Origin: Rhina ancylostomus
Taxonomy: Eukaryota
Assembly: GCA_030265395.1 (NCBI GenBank)
Contig: JARFYF010000094.1
Span: 56,486,866-56,550,865 of the forward strand
Direction: 5' to 3'
DNA: 64,000 bases
The translations under genes were made by a program, and so were the position numbers. Position 1 is the first letter of the stretch, and every line of letters begins with the position of its first letter. Of this stretch, positions 12,166 through 24,741 are shown one piece after another. The notes under the pieces are model-generated. The model was not told the origin of the DNA and ran no database searches. It saw only the letters and a list, made by a program, of their open reading frames with translations.

Positions 12166-13326
12166 NNNNNNNNNNNNNNNNNNNNNNNNNNNNNNNNNNN
12201 NNNNNNNNNNNNNNNNNNNNNNNNNNNNNNNNNNNNNNNNNNNNNNNNNNNNNNNNNNNNNNNNNTTGTCCTCCCATATTTGGCTCCAGGAGTCCGGTGG
12301 GGGGGGGCGGGAGGGACATCGAGGGGCCGATCTTTCCCTCATGTTCAACACAAAGACGCCAAAGTTTCAGAAGAAGGGGTTTGAAGGAGAAGAAAAGCAG
12401 ATCAAGGCCAGGGACAAGTGACAACAGGCAGGGAAGGACGACGGGAGGGTAACAGTGGAAGAGGTGGAACAGTGGAGTGAAGTGGTGGGAGACGGAGAGA
12501 GAATGAGGAGCAGAGGATCAGGGACTGAGCTCGAGATGGAGAGGCTGAGCGAGAGAGATGGAACAGGAGAGCAGACAAGGGAAAAGATGCAGAGACAGGA
12601 TGAAGGGGGGAATAGGCGAGGGAATGAGGGGGAGGGAAAGAGGCTGGGGATTCAGAGAAGCTGCTGTCGGTAATGAAGTATTTCTGCGATGTAGGCATTC
12701 CCACCAATGCCGGGACCCTCCCCTCTCAGGGTTGCTGTCGGTTTACTTCTGCTCTGCCCATTTTACTTAATCAAAGTTGTGTAAATTATCATCATCCTAA
12801 TGGATTAGCTGACAACTCATGGTTCCAAGGGCTCTCTGCTTGGCTGACACTGACTTGTGTGAAATTGATTTAAAAATGANNNNNNNNNNNNNNNNNNNNN
12901 NNNNNNNNNNNNNNNNNNNNNNNNNNNNNNNNNNNNNNNNNNNNNNNNNNNNNNNNNNNNNNNNNNNNNNNNNNNNNNNNNNNNNNNNNNNNNNNNNNNN
13001 NNNNNNNNNNNNNNNNNNNNNNNNGTGTGAGTGCGCATGTTCGTGCATGTGTATGTGTGTGTGTGTTTGTATGTGTGTGTATGTATGTATGTGTGTGTGT
13101 GTTTGTTTGTGTGTGTGTGGCAGTGCTCCAGACCTCACAACACTAAAACTGCTGGAGTTTAACAACAAACACTGCTGCCAGCTGTACAAAAATGAAAAAA
13201 GGAAAGGTTGCTGCTTCTCCCAGGGCCAGACTCTTGCACAGGTCACTTGTGCAAGGTTCGGTTGAAAGGCTATACATGCCCCAGGACATCTTGAGTAAAA
13301 TCTGTTCTCTCAGTGTTGCTGCTTGC

Positions 13327-13550
13327 TCATCTCCCTCTGCTGCCCCTGGAAGGCCCTCGACGGGGTGGTGGAACCGAGCTCTTCCCACTCCTTCCCCAGC
13401 TGGGTCCACCTCTGGCACCACCCCGCGGAGGGGGTCCTCCTGGCCCACTGAATCCGTCATCTCGGTGAAAGCCGTCGTGTCTATCTCCCTCGTGTGAATT
13501 GGAGCGGCCAGATTTGGGCATTCGCGGTGATACAGCTGGACCGCCTCGGC
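13327..13550 (-). CDS. WDR33: WDR33 last coding exon (with TGA stop at 13327-13329)
   Basis: AG acceptor at 13551-13552. (G)RGGPAVSPRMPKSGRSNSHEGDRHDGFHRDDGF...PPRRGPSRGSRGR* matches the human C-terminus RVPKSGRSSSLDGEHHDGYHRDEPF...PPRRGASRGGGRGR. Confidence 0.93.
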
Positions 13551-13689
13551 CTGTAAAACAACCCAGTACAAGCACAGGTTAGTTCAAATCCCAGCCCCTG
13601 CTTATGAGAAGTATTTCATAACAAGCAACTCTGCAGTGATGCCCAAACAGTCTACACTATCCTTCCTTGGTGATGTGTGATGCCACTGG

Positions 13690-13985
13690 GTGGCAGTGAT
13701 GCCGGAGACCTGGGTTCGATCCTGACCTCTGGTGCTGTCTGTGTGGAGTTTGCATGTTCCCCCTGTGACTGACTATGTGGGTTTCCTCCCACATCCCAAA
13801 GACATGCAGGTTGGCATGTTACTTGGTCGCTGTAATTTGCCCCTGGTGTACAGCTGAGTGGTTGAATCTGGGGGAAGTCGATGAGCATGCAGGGGAGAAT
13901 AAAACGGGATTAACACTGTGTTAGTGTAAATGGGTTAGCAAAGACTCAGTGGGCCAAAGGGCAGTTTCCATGCATTGTGACTCTA
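13690..13985 (+). mobile_element. HE1-like V-SINE
   Basis: B-box 'gggttcgatcc', V-domain 'tgtgtggagtttgcatgttc...gggtttcctcccacatcccaaagac', LINE-derived tail 'gggccaaagggc...gactcta'. Confidence 0.8.
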
Positions 13986-14331
13986 GCACCAGTAGGAGCT
14001 GCATACCTGCATGTCCTGAACAAATAACAAAATGCCCTTATTCAATAGGTACATGAGATTAAGAGATCACGGTGAGGCAGCTTATTCAGCAACCAATGAG
14101 CCGGTAAAATCTTCAGTCAAGACCAAACACTTCAATGGAGCATCTCAACCCCATCCACTCAGAAAGGACAACTACAGATTCATCTGCCAGTGCTGTTCCA
14201 TACACGTTGTACAGCAACAGGGAGGCTCCCACAGTAGTCATTCACTCCTGTTGTGCTGCTTTACAATGGCAATTGCTAATGAATCTCTCTCCTGAAGTAA
14301 ATCCTGTATAGACTGGACAAAGTGGATTTGA

Positions 14332-14432
14332 TTGCAACATACAAAAAGCTGGAGAAACTCAGCAGGCCGAGCAGCATCTATGGTAGGGGAATGGACAACT
14401 GACATTTTGGGTCAAGACCCTTCATCTGGATT
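14332..14432 (-). repeat. Short Penelope-type terminal-repeat copy
   Basis: 'caacatacaaaaagctggagaaactcagcaggccgagcagcatctatgg...acattttgggtcaagacccttcatc' is the same family as the arms of 54438-54670. Confidence 0.6.
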
Positions 14433-15197
14433 GAAAGTGGTAACTGTGTGGATTTGATTGCTCAGATGACTGCTTTTGATTGCATAGTGTTGGCCTGGTA
14501 TATACTTTTGGAAACCTCTTGTGGCCCCTGTCCTTGAATGGGCAACCCACTGCATCCAAATTCTCCCCATCAGTGACTCAGGTCCCTTATTCTTTTTTTT
14601 AAAAAGTGAAACTCCAATAATCCGGCACCCTGGAAACTTTGCTGGTACTGGACTCAGATTGTTCGGACTATTGGATGTTACTGCTGCAAATACCCAAACA
14701 CATCTTTATTTCACTATTTTTATGTGCTACACATAGTGGTATAAATAAATCATCCAGTGAGTCCCATGAGTTGAATGGGACTGGGAAATATAAAGGCACT
14801 CTGCACCCTGGCTTCAGACACAAACACCTCCACTTTCCTGACCCCTGGTATTCTGGATTACAAGCCCCAGTCCCAACTGCACTCCAGACCCCTTTTCATA
14901 TTTTAGAATGACTTAAAATTTAAAAATATCATGATAGAAAAAGAAAGTTAATGTGTTACATTATGATAATTTAAACTTCAGGATACTGGCTGAGCTTTAC
15001 AAAACTTTTTAACTAATTTACCAAGGGAGAGGTAGTTTCCAACATAGTTGTAGACATTCATATTGGTTTGCACATGAATAATGTTAATGCCAGGGTATGT
15101 GGGCAGTTCGCCTTGACAACAACACCTTTAGGGCTGAGTTTAGCTCTTCTACTGACAGCTTTTGACTGTGGATGCTGGAGATTTCCCCTGAACAAAC

Positions 15198-15359
15198 CTT
15201 GTTCTCTGACAGGTTCGTGCATTTCTCCGCGGTCCCCTCTGCCACCCCAGCCATCGCGATGACCTCCTGGAGACAATGGCCTTTTCTCAGGCTTACGGCC
15301 ACCTTCAAAGCGTGGGAATTCGTCATGGCCGGGTAGGGGAAGGAGACCCCCTCGCCCAC
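15198..15359 (-). CDS. WDR33: WDR33 coding exon (GGRGGLLPLPGHDEFPRFEGGRKPE...)
   Basis: AG at 15360-15361. Matches human GRKGLLPTPDEFPRFEGGRKPD. Donor inferred as CAA G|GTTTGT (phase 1, compatible with the last exon); the 3' boundary is less certain. Confidence 0.85.
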
Positions 15360-16027
15360 CTGTAGAACAGTTCAGCACGTTAGACACTGAAAATGAAGCA
15401 ACTTCTGTCGGCATCAAGAGCCATTTGGCACCTTTGGTGCCTCGCTATCATGGAGTGCCACGAGTTGTTCAAGATGGTTGGAGGAGTTGACAGAATGGAT
15501 GGAAGGAAAGCACTTCCTCTGCACTGAGAGTTCAAAAGGAGGGACGCGGCTTTAAGTTAGAGCAGGCCGTTCAAGAATGATCAGAAAGAACCTCTTCCTG
15601 AGGGGTTGGAGAAACTCAAAGCTATCTTTAAAAGTTGTTGACAGTAGGGATCAAAAGAAAATTTGAAAACCAAGTCGAATAGGTTTTTGCTGACTTAGGG
15701 CTGGATAAAAGTTAAGAAATGGCTCAGTGATATTCTGATTGAATGGTGGTGTAAACCAGTATACTTTTGATAAGTAAGGACACTAGGGCAGGCTGACCAG
15801 CCATTAATAGATCCTTCCGAGAGGGTACTCTATAAATCTGTCCACAATTTGGCCTACATTACTGCACATCAGGGCTTGCAACCTAGAGTATCTCTATATC
15901 TGTTGGAATAGAGTTCATCAGTATTGGTAATGACTTACACATTTGAGCTGCTTTTTAAATTGGCTTCCCATTTACCATTTCCACAAAATTGTGGAAGGAG
16001 ATACAATTTATTGACATTCAGCCATAC

Positions 16028-16197
16028 CTCGCATTGCTCCACGGCCCCGCCCTCTTCCTCCTGGGTCACGGCCCCTTGCGTTCTCCTCTGCTTGCTCAAA
16101 CTCCTCATCACCCATGAAGTCATCCATGTTCATAAAAGCATCTCTCCCTCGTGGACCACAACCATCGTGCCGAGAACCCCCTCGAACTGGCCGAAAC
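16028..16197 (-). CDS. WDR33: WDR33 coding exon (FRPVRGGSRHDGCGPRGRDAF...RGRGRGAMR)
   Basis: AG at 16198-16199, donor G|GTATGG, 170 nt, phase 2 to 1. Resembles human FRRGAPPRHEGRAPPRGRDGF...EEAARGRDLRGRGRG. Confidence 0.9.
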
Positions 16198-16766
16198 CTT
16201 GAGATAAAATAGTTAGAGTCTCACTCACAGTTTCACTAAGTGTTTGCAATACTTTCACATCTCAGTGTGACCTCAAACGACTTAAAGGTTTCAGATTTTT
16301 TTTTAGAAAGAAGGAAACATGAACTTCAAAGTTAGCATCACACATGCCCTGATCCATCACTGTTCTGACTCTGGAGGTCCAGTGGCAGACAGACATATCA
16401 CAATCAATAGAACTCTTGCCACAGAAACTATTACTAATGTCCTGATTGCACCAACTCTAATATGCACTTTATTGCTCAAGTAACACTCTGCAGAAGTGCT
16501 ATGATATCCCAGTACTAAAAACCATCATTTAAATATTGCACAAGTTCTACCTAACATGCTCCCTCAGCTGACTGTACCTGATGAACTAATCAAGATACTT
16601 CATTAAAAGATCATTTAGCATTTTGACACAGAACAACTACATCAACAGGTAAATGTACAAGATCTGATCACAAAGTAGTAGTGGTCTACAAGGAAGAGAT
16701 TGCCTTCGAAATGCAATCACAGTTCCAACAGCAAGTAAAATACCTGCAGCCATAATCTCCCGAGAA

Positions 16767-16919
16767 TATCATATTTTTATTTCAGACTGCCTCACTGCTG
16801 TTTTCAGTTTTCTCTGATGAGCCCTTACAAACTGCACTGTCTCAACCTGACGGTGCAATTTGTAAGAGCTCAGAGAAAAATGAAAACTGCGTGAGACAAC
16901 CTGAAATAAAAATATGATA
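16767..16919. repeat. ~150-bp imperfect palindrome (MITE-like hairpin)
   Basis: Left arm tatcatatttttatttcagactgcctcac...cttacaaactgcactgtc is the near reverse complement of right arm gacggtgcaatttgtaag...gtgagacaacctgaaataaaaatatgata, with a ~7-nt loop. Confidence 0.85.
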
Positions 16920-17199
16920 CCAAGTTATAAATGCTTTTTGTTTAGCTAGAACATGGCTGTAAGATAAAACATGGAGAAATATGGTTATCCACTTCTCTGG
17001 AAAAGGTAGAAAAAACAGATTTTTTTCTCTAGGAAGGTGACTTGGTATTTACAGGGAGCTGTGTGTCCTTAAAACAAATCATTGATAGTGTGTGCATGTG
17101 CAGAAAATGTAGGAAAGAAAATGGCATAATGATCTTTATATAAAGAATGAGTATTAAAAAAAATCAGTGCAGTTAAAATGCACCTTGGTGAGATCATGC

Positions 17200-17790
17200 T
17201 TGGATTATGGTCCATAGTTCTTGTCATCTTATCTGAGGAAAGATGCATTCAAATCTCTGGAATTACTTTTATGAGTTCAGACTGCTGCCTATAATGTCTG
17301 GAGTGTAGATGAATGAGATGCATCTCACTGAAACACAAAATTCTCAAGGAGCTTGACAGGAGAGATGGTGGGAGCTGAGATTCCCAACTGTCTCTCACAC
17401 AGCACCATTACTTATGCTATTCAGTCACTCTTGGTCTCCACCCTATTGTAGACATTCCTCTTGTTCTCTCCACCTATTCCCTTAGAACATGTTTGATTTC
17501 CAACTTTTCTTAGTTCTGATGGAAAGTTATCTGCCTGAAATGTTAACAGTGTTAATCTGACTGACTTGCTGAGTATTTCCAGCATTTTCCATTTTTGTTT
17601 GAGATCATGCAGAAATGCTTCCCTTAGCTGGGAAGTTTAGAGCAGGATCACGGTCTCAAAAGAAGGGTTCGGCATTTGGGGTTGAAATAAGCAACTTCTT
17701 CACTTGGAGTGGGGTAAATCTTTGTGATTTCCAGTTAAGTTTGGATGCTCAGTTACTTAATGTATTCAAGAGTGACATTAATTGTTTTTT
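17200..17790 (+). mobile_element. Degenerate CR1 3' region with an embedded Penelope-type repeat (~17385-17600)
   Basis: 'cagttcttgtcatcttatctgaggaaagat'-like and 'gcaacttcttcact' CR1 motifs, plus 'ttctgatggaaagttatctgcctgaaatgttaac...gctgagtatttccagcatttt'. Confidence 0.45.
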
Positions 17791-17824
17791 GGATATTGGG
17801 AACCAAGGCATATGGGTAAAAGAG

Positions 17825-18200
17825 CTGGTAGCAGCAAGGATAATGAGAAGCCACTTGGGAGGCAGATTTTGGAAAGGTGCAAAACAAAAAACAGGGTTGT
17901 TATCATGGCAGACTTCAACTTCCCAAATATTGATCGGCACCTGCTTAGTACCAAAGGTTTAGACAGGGCAGAGTCTGTTAAGTGTGTCCAGGACAGATTC
18001 CTATCACAGTGTGTGAACAGGCTGACTAGAGGGAATGCCATATTAGATATAGTATTAGGTAATGAACTAGGTCAGGTGATGGATCTCTCAGTGGGTGAGC
18101 ATTTGGGGGACAGTGACCACCGCTCCCTAATCTTTAGCATTGTCATGGACAAGGATAGGAGCAAAGAAGACAGAAAGATATTTAATTGGGGAAGGGTAAA
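17825..18200 (+). mobile_element. CR1 LINE endonuclease fragment
   Basis: ORF 17782..18249: RVVIMADFNFPNID...FLSQCVNRLTRGNAILDIVLGN...EHLGDSDH, the APE-endonuclease motifs (GDFN-like, SDH). Confidence 0.85.
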
Positions 18201-18358
18201 TCTACCTTGTTGTGACCTTGCACCTTATTGCACTGCACTTTCTCTGTAGCTGTGACACTTTACACTGTTATTGATTTTTAAACCTGTACTACATCAATGC
18301 ACTCTGTACTAACTCAATGTAACTGCACTGTGTAATGAATTGACCTGTATGATTGGTT
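18200..18358 (+). mobile_element. Rex1-type LINE 3' UTR fragment
   Basis: 'tctaccttgttgtgaccttgcaccttattgcactgcactttctctgtagctgtgacac' is near-identical to 26290-26445. Confidence 0.7.
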
Positions 18359-19129
18359 NNNNNNNNNNNNNNNNNNNNNNNNNNNNNNNNNNNNNNNNNN
18401 NNNNNNNNNNNNNNNNNNNNNNNNNNNNNNNNNNNNNNNNNNNNNNNNNNNNNNNNNNNNNNNNNNNNNNNNNNNNNNNNNNNNNNNNNNNNNNNNNNNN
18501 NNNNNNNNNNNNNNNNNNNNNNNNNNNNNNNNNNNNNNNNNNNNNNNNNNNNNNNNNNNNNNNNNNNNNNNNNNNNNNNNNNNNNNNNNNNNNNNNNNNN
18601 NNNNNNNNNNNNNNNNNNNNNNNNNNNNNNNNNNNNNNNNNNNNNNNNNNNNNNNNNNNNNNNNNNNNNNNNNNNNNNNNNNNNNNNNNNNNNNNNNNNN
18701 NNNNNNNNNNNNNNNNNNNNNNNNNNNNNNNNNNNNNNNNNNNNNNNNNNNNNNNNNNNNNNNNNNNNNNNNNNNNNNNNNNNNNNNNNNNNNNNNNNNN
18801 NNNNNNNNNNNNNNNNNNNNNNNNNNNNNNNNNNNNNNGTTAGATAGTCTTAGGTGAGGTTTAAAGGTCAGCACAACATTGTGGGCCGAAGGGCCTGTAT
18901 TGTGCTGTACTGTTCAATGATTCTACAAGATTGATGAAGGTCAGCATCGTGGACCAAGCTCAAAGGCCTTCTGCTGCTGTTATTTACATTCTTATTTACA
19001 GGTTTGAATGGACCACATTTGGCACATAAAACTTTATGACTATGTGGATGATTGTTTAGTAGTAGAAAGTAAGGCCAGCATCTCAATGCAGCATAAAATA
19101 TCAATTGGATATTGTAGGTTGGGGGAACG

Positions 19130-20052
19130 AGGTTCAATTTCATAGATCTACTCGATGACAAGGTTGCTACTTCTTTTCATGTAGCTTTTTGATTTCAAGA
19201 AGTGCTAAGAATTTATCAATAGACTTTTCCTGGCTCTTGTCTAATTAATACTTTGAGATTTGGCTCCACACCACCCAGTCTAAATTGATCCAATTGCTAT
19301 CAAACCAGAGGTGCAGCATTAAATATCAATTCTACAACTAAGTCACAACTATTTACACTGGGCATCAACTGTGCACACTCATCTTAGCACATCCTTGCAT
19401 ATTAAAATATCTTAGTGCTTTGGAGTAAAATTTCTGATTAATGTGGCAACATGTCCAAGATTAATGCTTTCCAAACCTGCATGTTCTCCTTATTTCCCAG
19501 TTTGAAAAACTGCCCAGGTGTTGAGGGCTGGGCTGTCAAGGTCTGTAATAAGTCAAAGCTTTAAGAAACCCACAAGGGATGGCTAGCCTAGATTTATAAA
19601 TATGTTGATGGCAAAACGCATCACAACTAAACGTACCATTAGAAACAATTGTTGTAATCCAATCATACAGGCTGCTCATCTCGATCCATTAAAGGAAAAT
19701 TAGAAAGCAGTCCAAGCACACACTTGTGCACAACAAACAGCATCACAATTCCTGGTTTTGACTTTGTAGACTGTCAGCACATATCAAGCANNNNNNNNNN
19801 NNNNNNNNNNNNNNNNNNNNNNNNNNNNNNNNNNNNNNNNNNNNNNNNNNNNNNNNNNNNNNNNNNNNNNNNNNNNNNNNNNNNNNNNNNAAAAAGGTAC
19901 AACTTCATGGATCTATTTGAAGACAAGGTTGCTACTTCTTTTCATGTAGCTCTTTGATTTCAAGAAGTGCTAAGAATTTATCAAAGACTTTGCCTGGCTC
20001 TTGTCTAATACTTTGAGATTTGGCTCCACACTATCCAGTCTAAATTGATCCA
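19130..20052. repeat. Diverged direct repeat (~160 bp visible; copies at ~19130-19291 and ~19895-20052)
   Basis: 'gacaaggttgctacttcttttcatgtagct...ttcaagaagtgctaagaatttatcaa...ccagtctaaattgatcca' occurs twice with several substitutions and indels. Confidence 0.85.
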
Positions 20053-21740
20053 CTACATTACTTATACTAGTGCTTCTGTGAACAAATGTGTTCACATTTT
20101 TAATAGTTACCAGAATGATTGGGCATGGCTGATGCTATTCTTCTGAAGCAATGCAAGGTATATTGGAATCCCTACATCCTACCAAGTACTATTAAAGGAG
20201 TTCATAGCTCACCTTGAGCAAGCTATCCCAGAAAGCAAACACTTGACAGTGTATCTTTCATGCTGGGCACAAGAAAACCCCTGGACTGGGCTTGAATGGG
20301 AACAATGACTCCATTTCACAATTGTCTTGAGTTACTGGTCCAGCCGTACAAGGGCCTGATTTGCTGTTTGGCTGTGCCGAGCTAGCAGCCGAACTTGAAG
20401 AAGCACTTCCATTTTTAATTTCTAAGAGGTTCCAGGGATGTAAAGCTTGGTGGACGTTTAAAATTTGATTTGCAAATCAGCACAAACACTTATGAATCTT
20501 CAAACTGATCACATGGATAAAAATCTGGACCCATCTGCCTTGAGGTGGGCACTGCTGATCTCAATGCCTCTGGTCAAACTCATTCCCATGTCAATCAAAA
20601 CCCTGTTCAAATCTACAAAAAGAATTTTGAGACTCATTTGGTTATATCTGGGGACACCAATGCTGACTAGCTCCCATAAAGCATAAACAGGAGGTCCCTC
20701 AAGAGGTTTAGTCTTTGTGCCTGTCCACAATGTGAGGGGCCATTCTTCAAGAGACCGTGAGTAATAAAAGCAGGCAGAAGATTCATGCTCACAAACATCC
20801 CACACTTTCAAGCTGTGATTTTAGGAATATATTTTCTGCTTGACTTTACATTCCCAAATCATTCACGGAACAGGACCTGTCCCATTTATCACCAGCTTCA
20901 GCTGCTAAATCAATCCTCAATCCCTCTTGACCGCTTAACCATTTCCAAGAAGATCATGCAAGGAACTTTGACAGATGTCTTCTGAAATTTGAATGAGTGA
21001 CTGGATTACAATCACCTCCACAGAAAAATTCTGAAGGCTTGCACAGTGTGATCTTGTCTGTCTAATGCCATCATGATTGCTCCTTATCTTACTGGTCCTT
21101 AGATCTACTTTTACAGCAACTCAAGGAATGCCCTCAATTTTTCTCAGTGTGGATTTTTAGACTATGTTTTCTTCATCAGTTTGCACCATTTTTTGAACAG
21201 TTGAGAAACAGTTTTCTAGCCGTGGGTATGGAATTCTAAGCACATCAAAGTATCAATAATTTCTTTCCCTGAATATTGACTTACAGATATGATGTGTGTC
21301 ACCACAGAACTTTCCCATTTCTGTGCAATACATTCTTTACTAGCTTTTGATGGCATGCACATGTGTTCATGCGTCCATGTGCACTGTGCTCCCACTTATG
21401 ATCAATGGAACCGTTCACAGGTTTTCTCTGAAAATAGAAGTCCATGTGCTATACTTCTCATTCATCGTTTGACCCAACTTGCCCACTGGCTTTTTGATCT
21501 ACTAGTAATATAATTGTCATCCTCCTGTTACCTTCTGGGACTTGTTTGAGCTAAAAAGATGCTTAAAATGGACTCTCAGATGACAGGAGGATTCAATAGG
21601 CTAGATTTCAATTCAAACTAAATGTCTTTTGAAATCTAGTTCAATATACAATTGTGAATAAAAAGAGAAAGGATTCCTAATTAAATAAAAATTCACATTA
21701 GTATCTCCCACTTTGCCAATTGTTCAGAACTTATTCCCAC

Positions 21741-22215
21741 CTGTCATCTCTTCTCCCACGAAAACGTGCATCTTCAGGCTCCCGTGAGAATCGCTCATCT
21801 AAGGGTTTCCTTCCATCCCATCCTTGGGGTGGACCCCGGCCTGGGCCCCTGTGCTCAGGGTCCCCAAAGTCCCTGTACTCCTGATCAGGAGGAAAATCCC
21901 TCTGAGGACCAGGGCCCCTCCGCCAACCTTCCTCGTGAGGCATTGGGCCCATGCGGTTCTCAAATTCCCGCGGTCTGTGGCCGAACCGCTCATCCTTGCG
22001 GAAATCGTCATGGAATTGATCAGGTCCTTCAAAGCGATCGTGGAAATCCTGGGGTGGACCACGTCTCTCTGCAGACCCTCTGTTTTCACGTGGATCCCCC
22101 CAATCCTGGGATCCCCTGTAAGGCGGTCCCCGCTCGGGATCACGCTCTGCACTATGATCTCGCCTCATTTCCTGTGGATGGCCCATGTGATGGTTTGGTG
22201 GACCATGAGAGTCAC
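21741..22215 (-). CDS. WDR33: WDR33 coding exon (GDSHGPPNHHMGHPQEMRR...DARFRGRRDD)
   Basis: AG at 22216-22217, donor AG|GTGGGA, 475 nt, phase 1 to 2. Matches human GDSRGPPNHHMG...RFGHRLREFE...DPRFRGRREES. Confidence 0.93.
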
Positions 22216-23349
22216 CTGTCAGGATAAAATTAATTAATTTAATTTAAACGAATAAACTACACAGGCACAACAATCTGAGAGCTAACCGACTTGATGCCAA
22301 GCCAAATGTGTAATGTAAACAAGAATGACCTGCTGCTGTATTAGTTTTTCGGCACTGCAATAAAGACTGACAACTCAAATTGTACACCTGAGTCACACTA
22401 TGGAGTTGTCAACATTAAATGTATTTTTGAATCATCTGCAAAGAAGCCTCCATCTACGATCCTTCTTCAAATGATGAATCAGTCGTCCTTGGTACTGAAG
22501 ACCACAGAAGAAGCACCTGGGGAAAGCAAGGGCATAGAAGGTGTTGGACTTAAATCTTCATCAGTTCTGTGACACCAGCACTGATGGAGCTGGCAGAGGC
22601 CTGAGTAATATAACAATGAGACTTGGCCTGGGACAGATAATGAATGAATCAGCACGAGGGAAAACCTACTAAACCTTGTCCTTACTAACCTAACTGCTAG
22701 ATTCACCTGCCCAAGGCACCACCACCCTTGTGGGGACTTCTCTTCTACCCCACTATGTAACACTCTCACCATCTCGATGGGACAGATCCACAACTTAAAT
22801 CTAGCAACTTAAAACTAGGCATCTTTCAGCCACAGAAGTGCATCTGTAACCGCATGACAGGACACTTTCCTTGTTCTATCATGGCCATCAGGTTAGGGAA
22901 CCAAGCCGGGTTCAACAAGAGGAGCAGAAGTGAAAGCTGGCAGAAGAACCAGAGATATTTCAGACATGTGCCAACCTGNNNNNNNNNNNNNNNNNNNNNN
23001 NNNNNNNNNNNNNNNNNNNNNNNNNNNNNNNNNNNNNNNNNNNNNNNNNNNNNNNNNNNNNNNNNNNNNNNNNNNNNNAGTTACCAACCTGGTGAAGCTA
23101 CAAACCAGGGATGGTAACTGACACAGCATGCTACAGACTCAGCTAAGCAGTCCCACCAGCAACAGGTCATATTAAAGCTCTTCTTATGGTGAGCTGTGAA
23201 TGGCAGTGCAAAGAGCAACCCAGGGTAAAATCCATAAGCACATTCACCTTTTCACCAGTAACATGCTCAGTTTGTGCTGTGCCAGACCTCATTAGACTAA
23301 GGTAATATGCATGCACAGAAGAGGGAAATTCCAGAGGTTTTTTTTTATT

Positions 23350-24740
23350 TTTGGGATGTGGGTATTACTGACAAAACCAACATTGTTGCCCATCCCTAAA
23401 TGCTCTGCAGAAGCTGAGCTACCTTCTTGAACTGCAAAAACTCTTTGGATGAAAGTGCTCTCTCAGTGCTGGGGAGTTCTAGGATTTAGACCCAGTGACA
23501 ATGAAGAAAAGCTATAAGTTTCCAATTATTTCATAGTGTGCACTTGGAGGGAGCCTGTGGGTAGTGGTGATCCCACGTGCCCACCGCCTTTGTTCTTGGT
23601 GGGAGGTCACGGGTTTGAGGGGTCACTACGTAGTAGTTCAGGTGAATAACTACAATGCATTACATAAATGGTACAGGATATTCCTGCGACAATGTTTATG
23701 GTGACTGAGGAAGCTACTTTGTCCTGTGTTGTTGAAGCTGCACCCATCCAGCCAAGTGGAGAGTTCTCCACACTCCTGACCTGTGCCTCGATGGAAAGGC
23801 TTTCAGGTGTCAGGAAATAGGTTGTATGTCCATCAGTGCTAGGGNNNNNNNNNNNNNNNNNNNNNNNNNNNNNNNNNNNNNNNNNNNNNNNNNNNNNNNN
23901 NNNNNNNNNNNNNNNNNNNNNNNNNNNNNNNNNNNNNNNNNNNNCCACAACATTAATGGTGAGAGATTTGGCAATAACAGTTAATAAACATAAAGAGTAG
24001 TGTTTAGTTTTCTTGTTGGAGATGGTCATTGCCTAGCACGTTGAGAAGAAAATGTCACTTGCCAATTATTAACCCATGCATAAATATTATCTCATTTTTG
24101 CTGTACACATGCACTAACTGCTTCATTTGTTGTGGAGTTGAGAATGGCATTGGACATGGTGCAATCATCAAAGTGTCTTACTTCTGACTTTATGATGGAA
24201 GGAAGGTCATTGATGAAACAGCTGAAGATGTTTGGGCCCAGGACACTGCACTGAGGAACTCCTGTAGTTATGTCCTGGAACTGGGATGATGGACCTCCAA
24301 AAAATTCACGCATACCTTCTTTGCATAAGGCATGACTCCAACCTTTAGAGTACTTTCCCAGTTAAGCTTTTAACCTCTATTTCATAAGGGCTCCTTGATG
24401 CCACACTCAGTAAAGTACTGGCTTTGTCTCATCTCCCCTCCCCAGTTCATTCAACTGTTTAGATCATGTTTGGAGCAAGGCTGTGATGAGGTCTGGAGCA
24501 ATCAGTGAGGTAGACCCACCTGATAGCACCATCATGGCACTTTCCATCAGTCTAGTGTTGACTGGAAGTGGATTGATTGGGCAGTAATCAGCTGACATGG
24601 ATTTGTCCCGCTTTTTATAAAAAAGACATAACTCAGCAGTTTTTCACTTTGTCAGGTAGCTGTACTGTGGCCGGAGGGATGGCTGGACATGGATTCATTC
24701 TGGAATGCAATTCTTCAGTACTATAGCTGGGGTGGTGCTC
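23350..24740 (-). mobile_element. CR1/L2-group LINE (RT to 3' end), same family as 880-3110
   Basis: Minus ORF 24092..24313 QDITTGVPQCSVLGPNIFSCFINDLPSII...FDDCT (RT GVPQGSVLGP and ADD-region motifs). Confidence 0.8.
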
Positions 24741-24741
24741 C

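Noticed and set aside
14604-15001. Possible Tigger/mariner-like MITE ('agtgaaactccaataatccggcacc')
   Set aside because: The matching right terminal inverted repeat is too degenerate to support.
20200-21250. 100-aa minus ORF 20509..20811 in a WDR33 intron
   Set aside because: No recognisable protein. At most a very decayed LINE (RTE-like) remnant, which I could not support.
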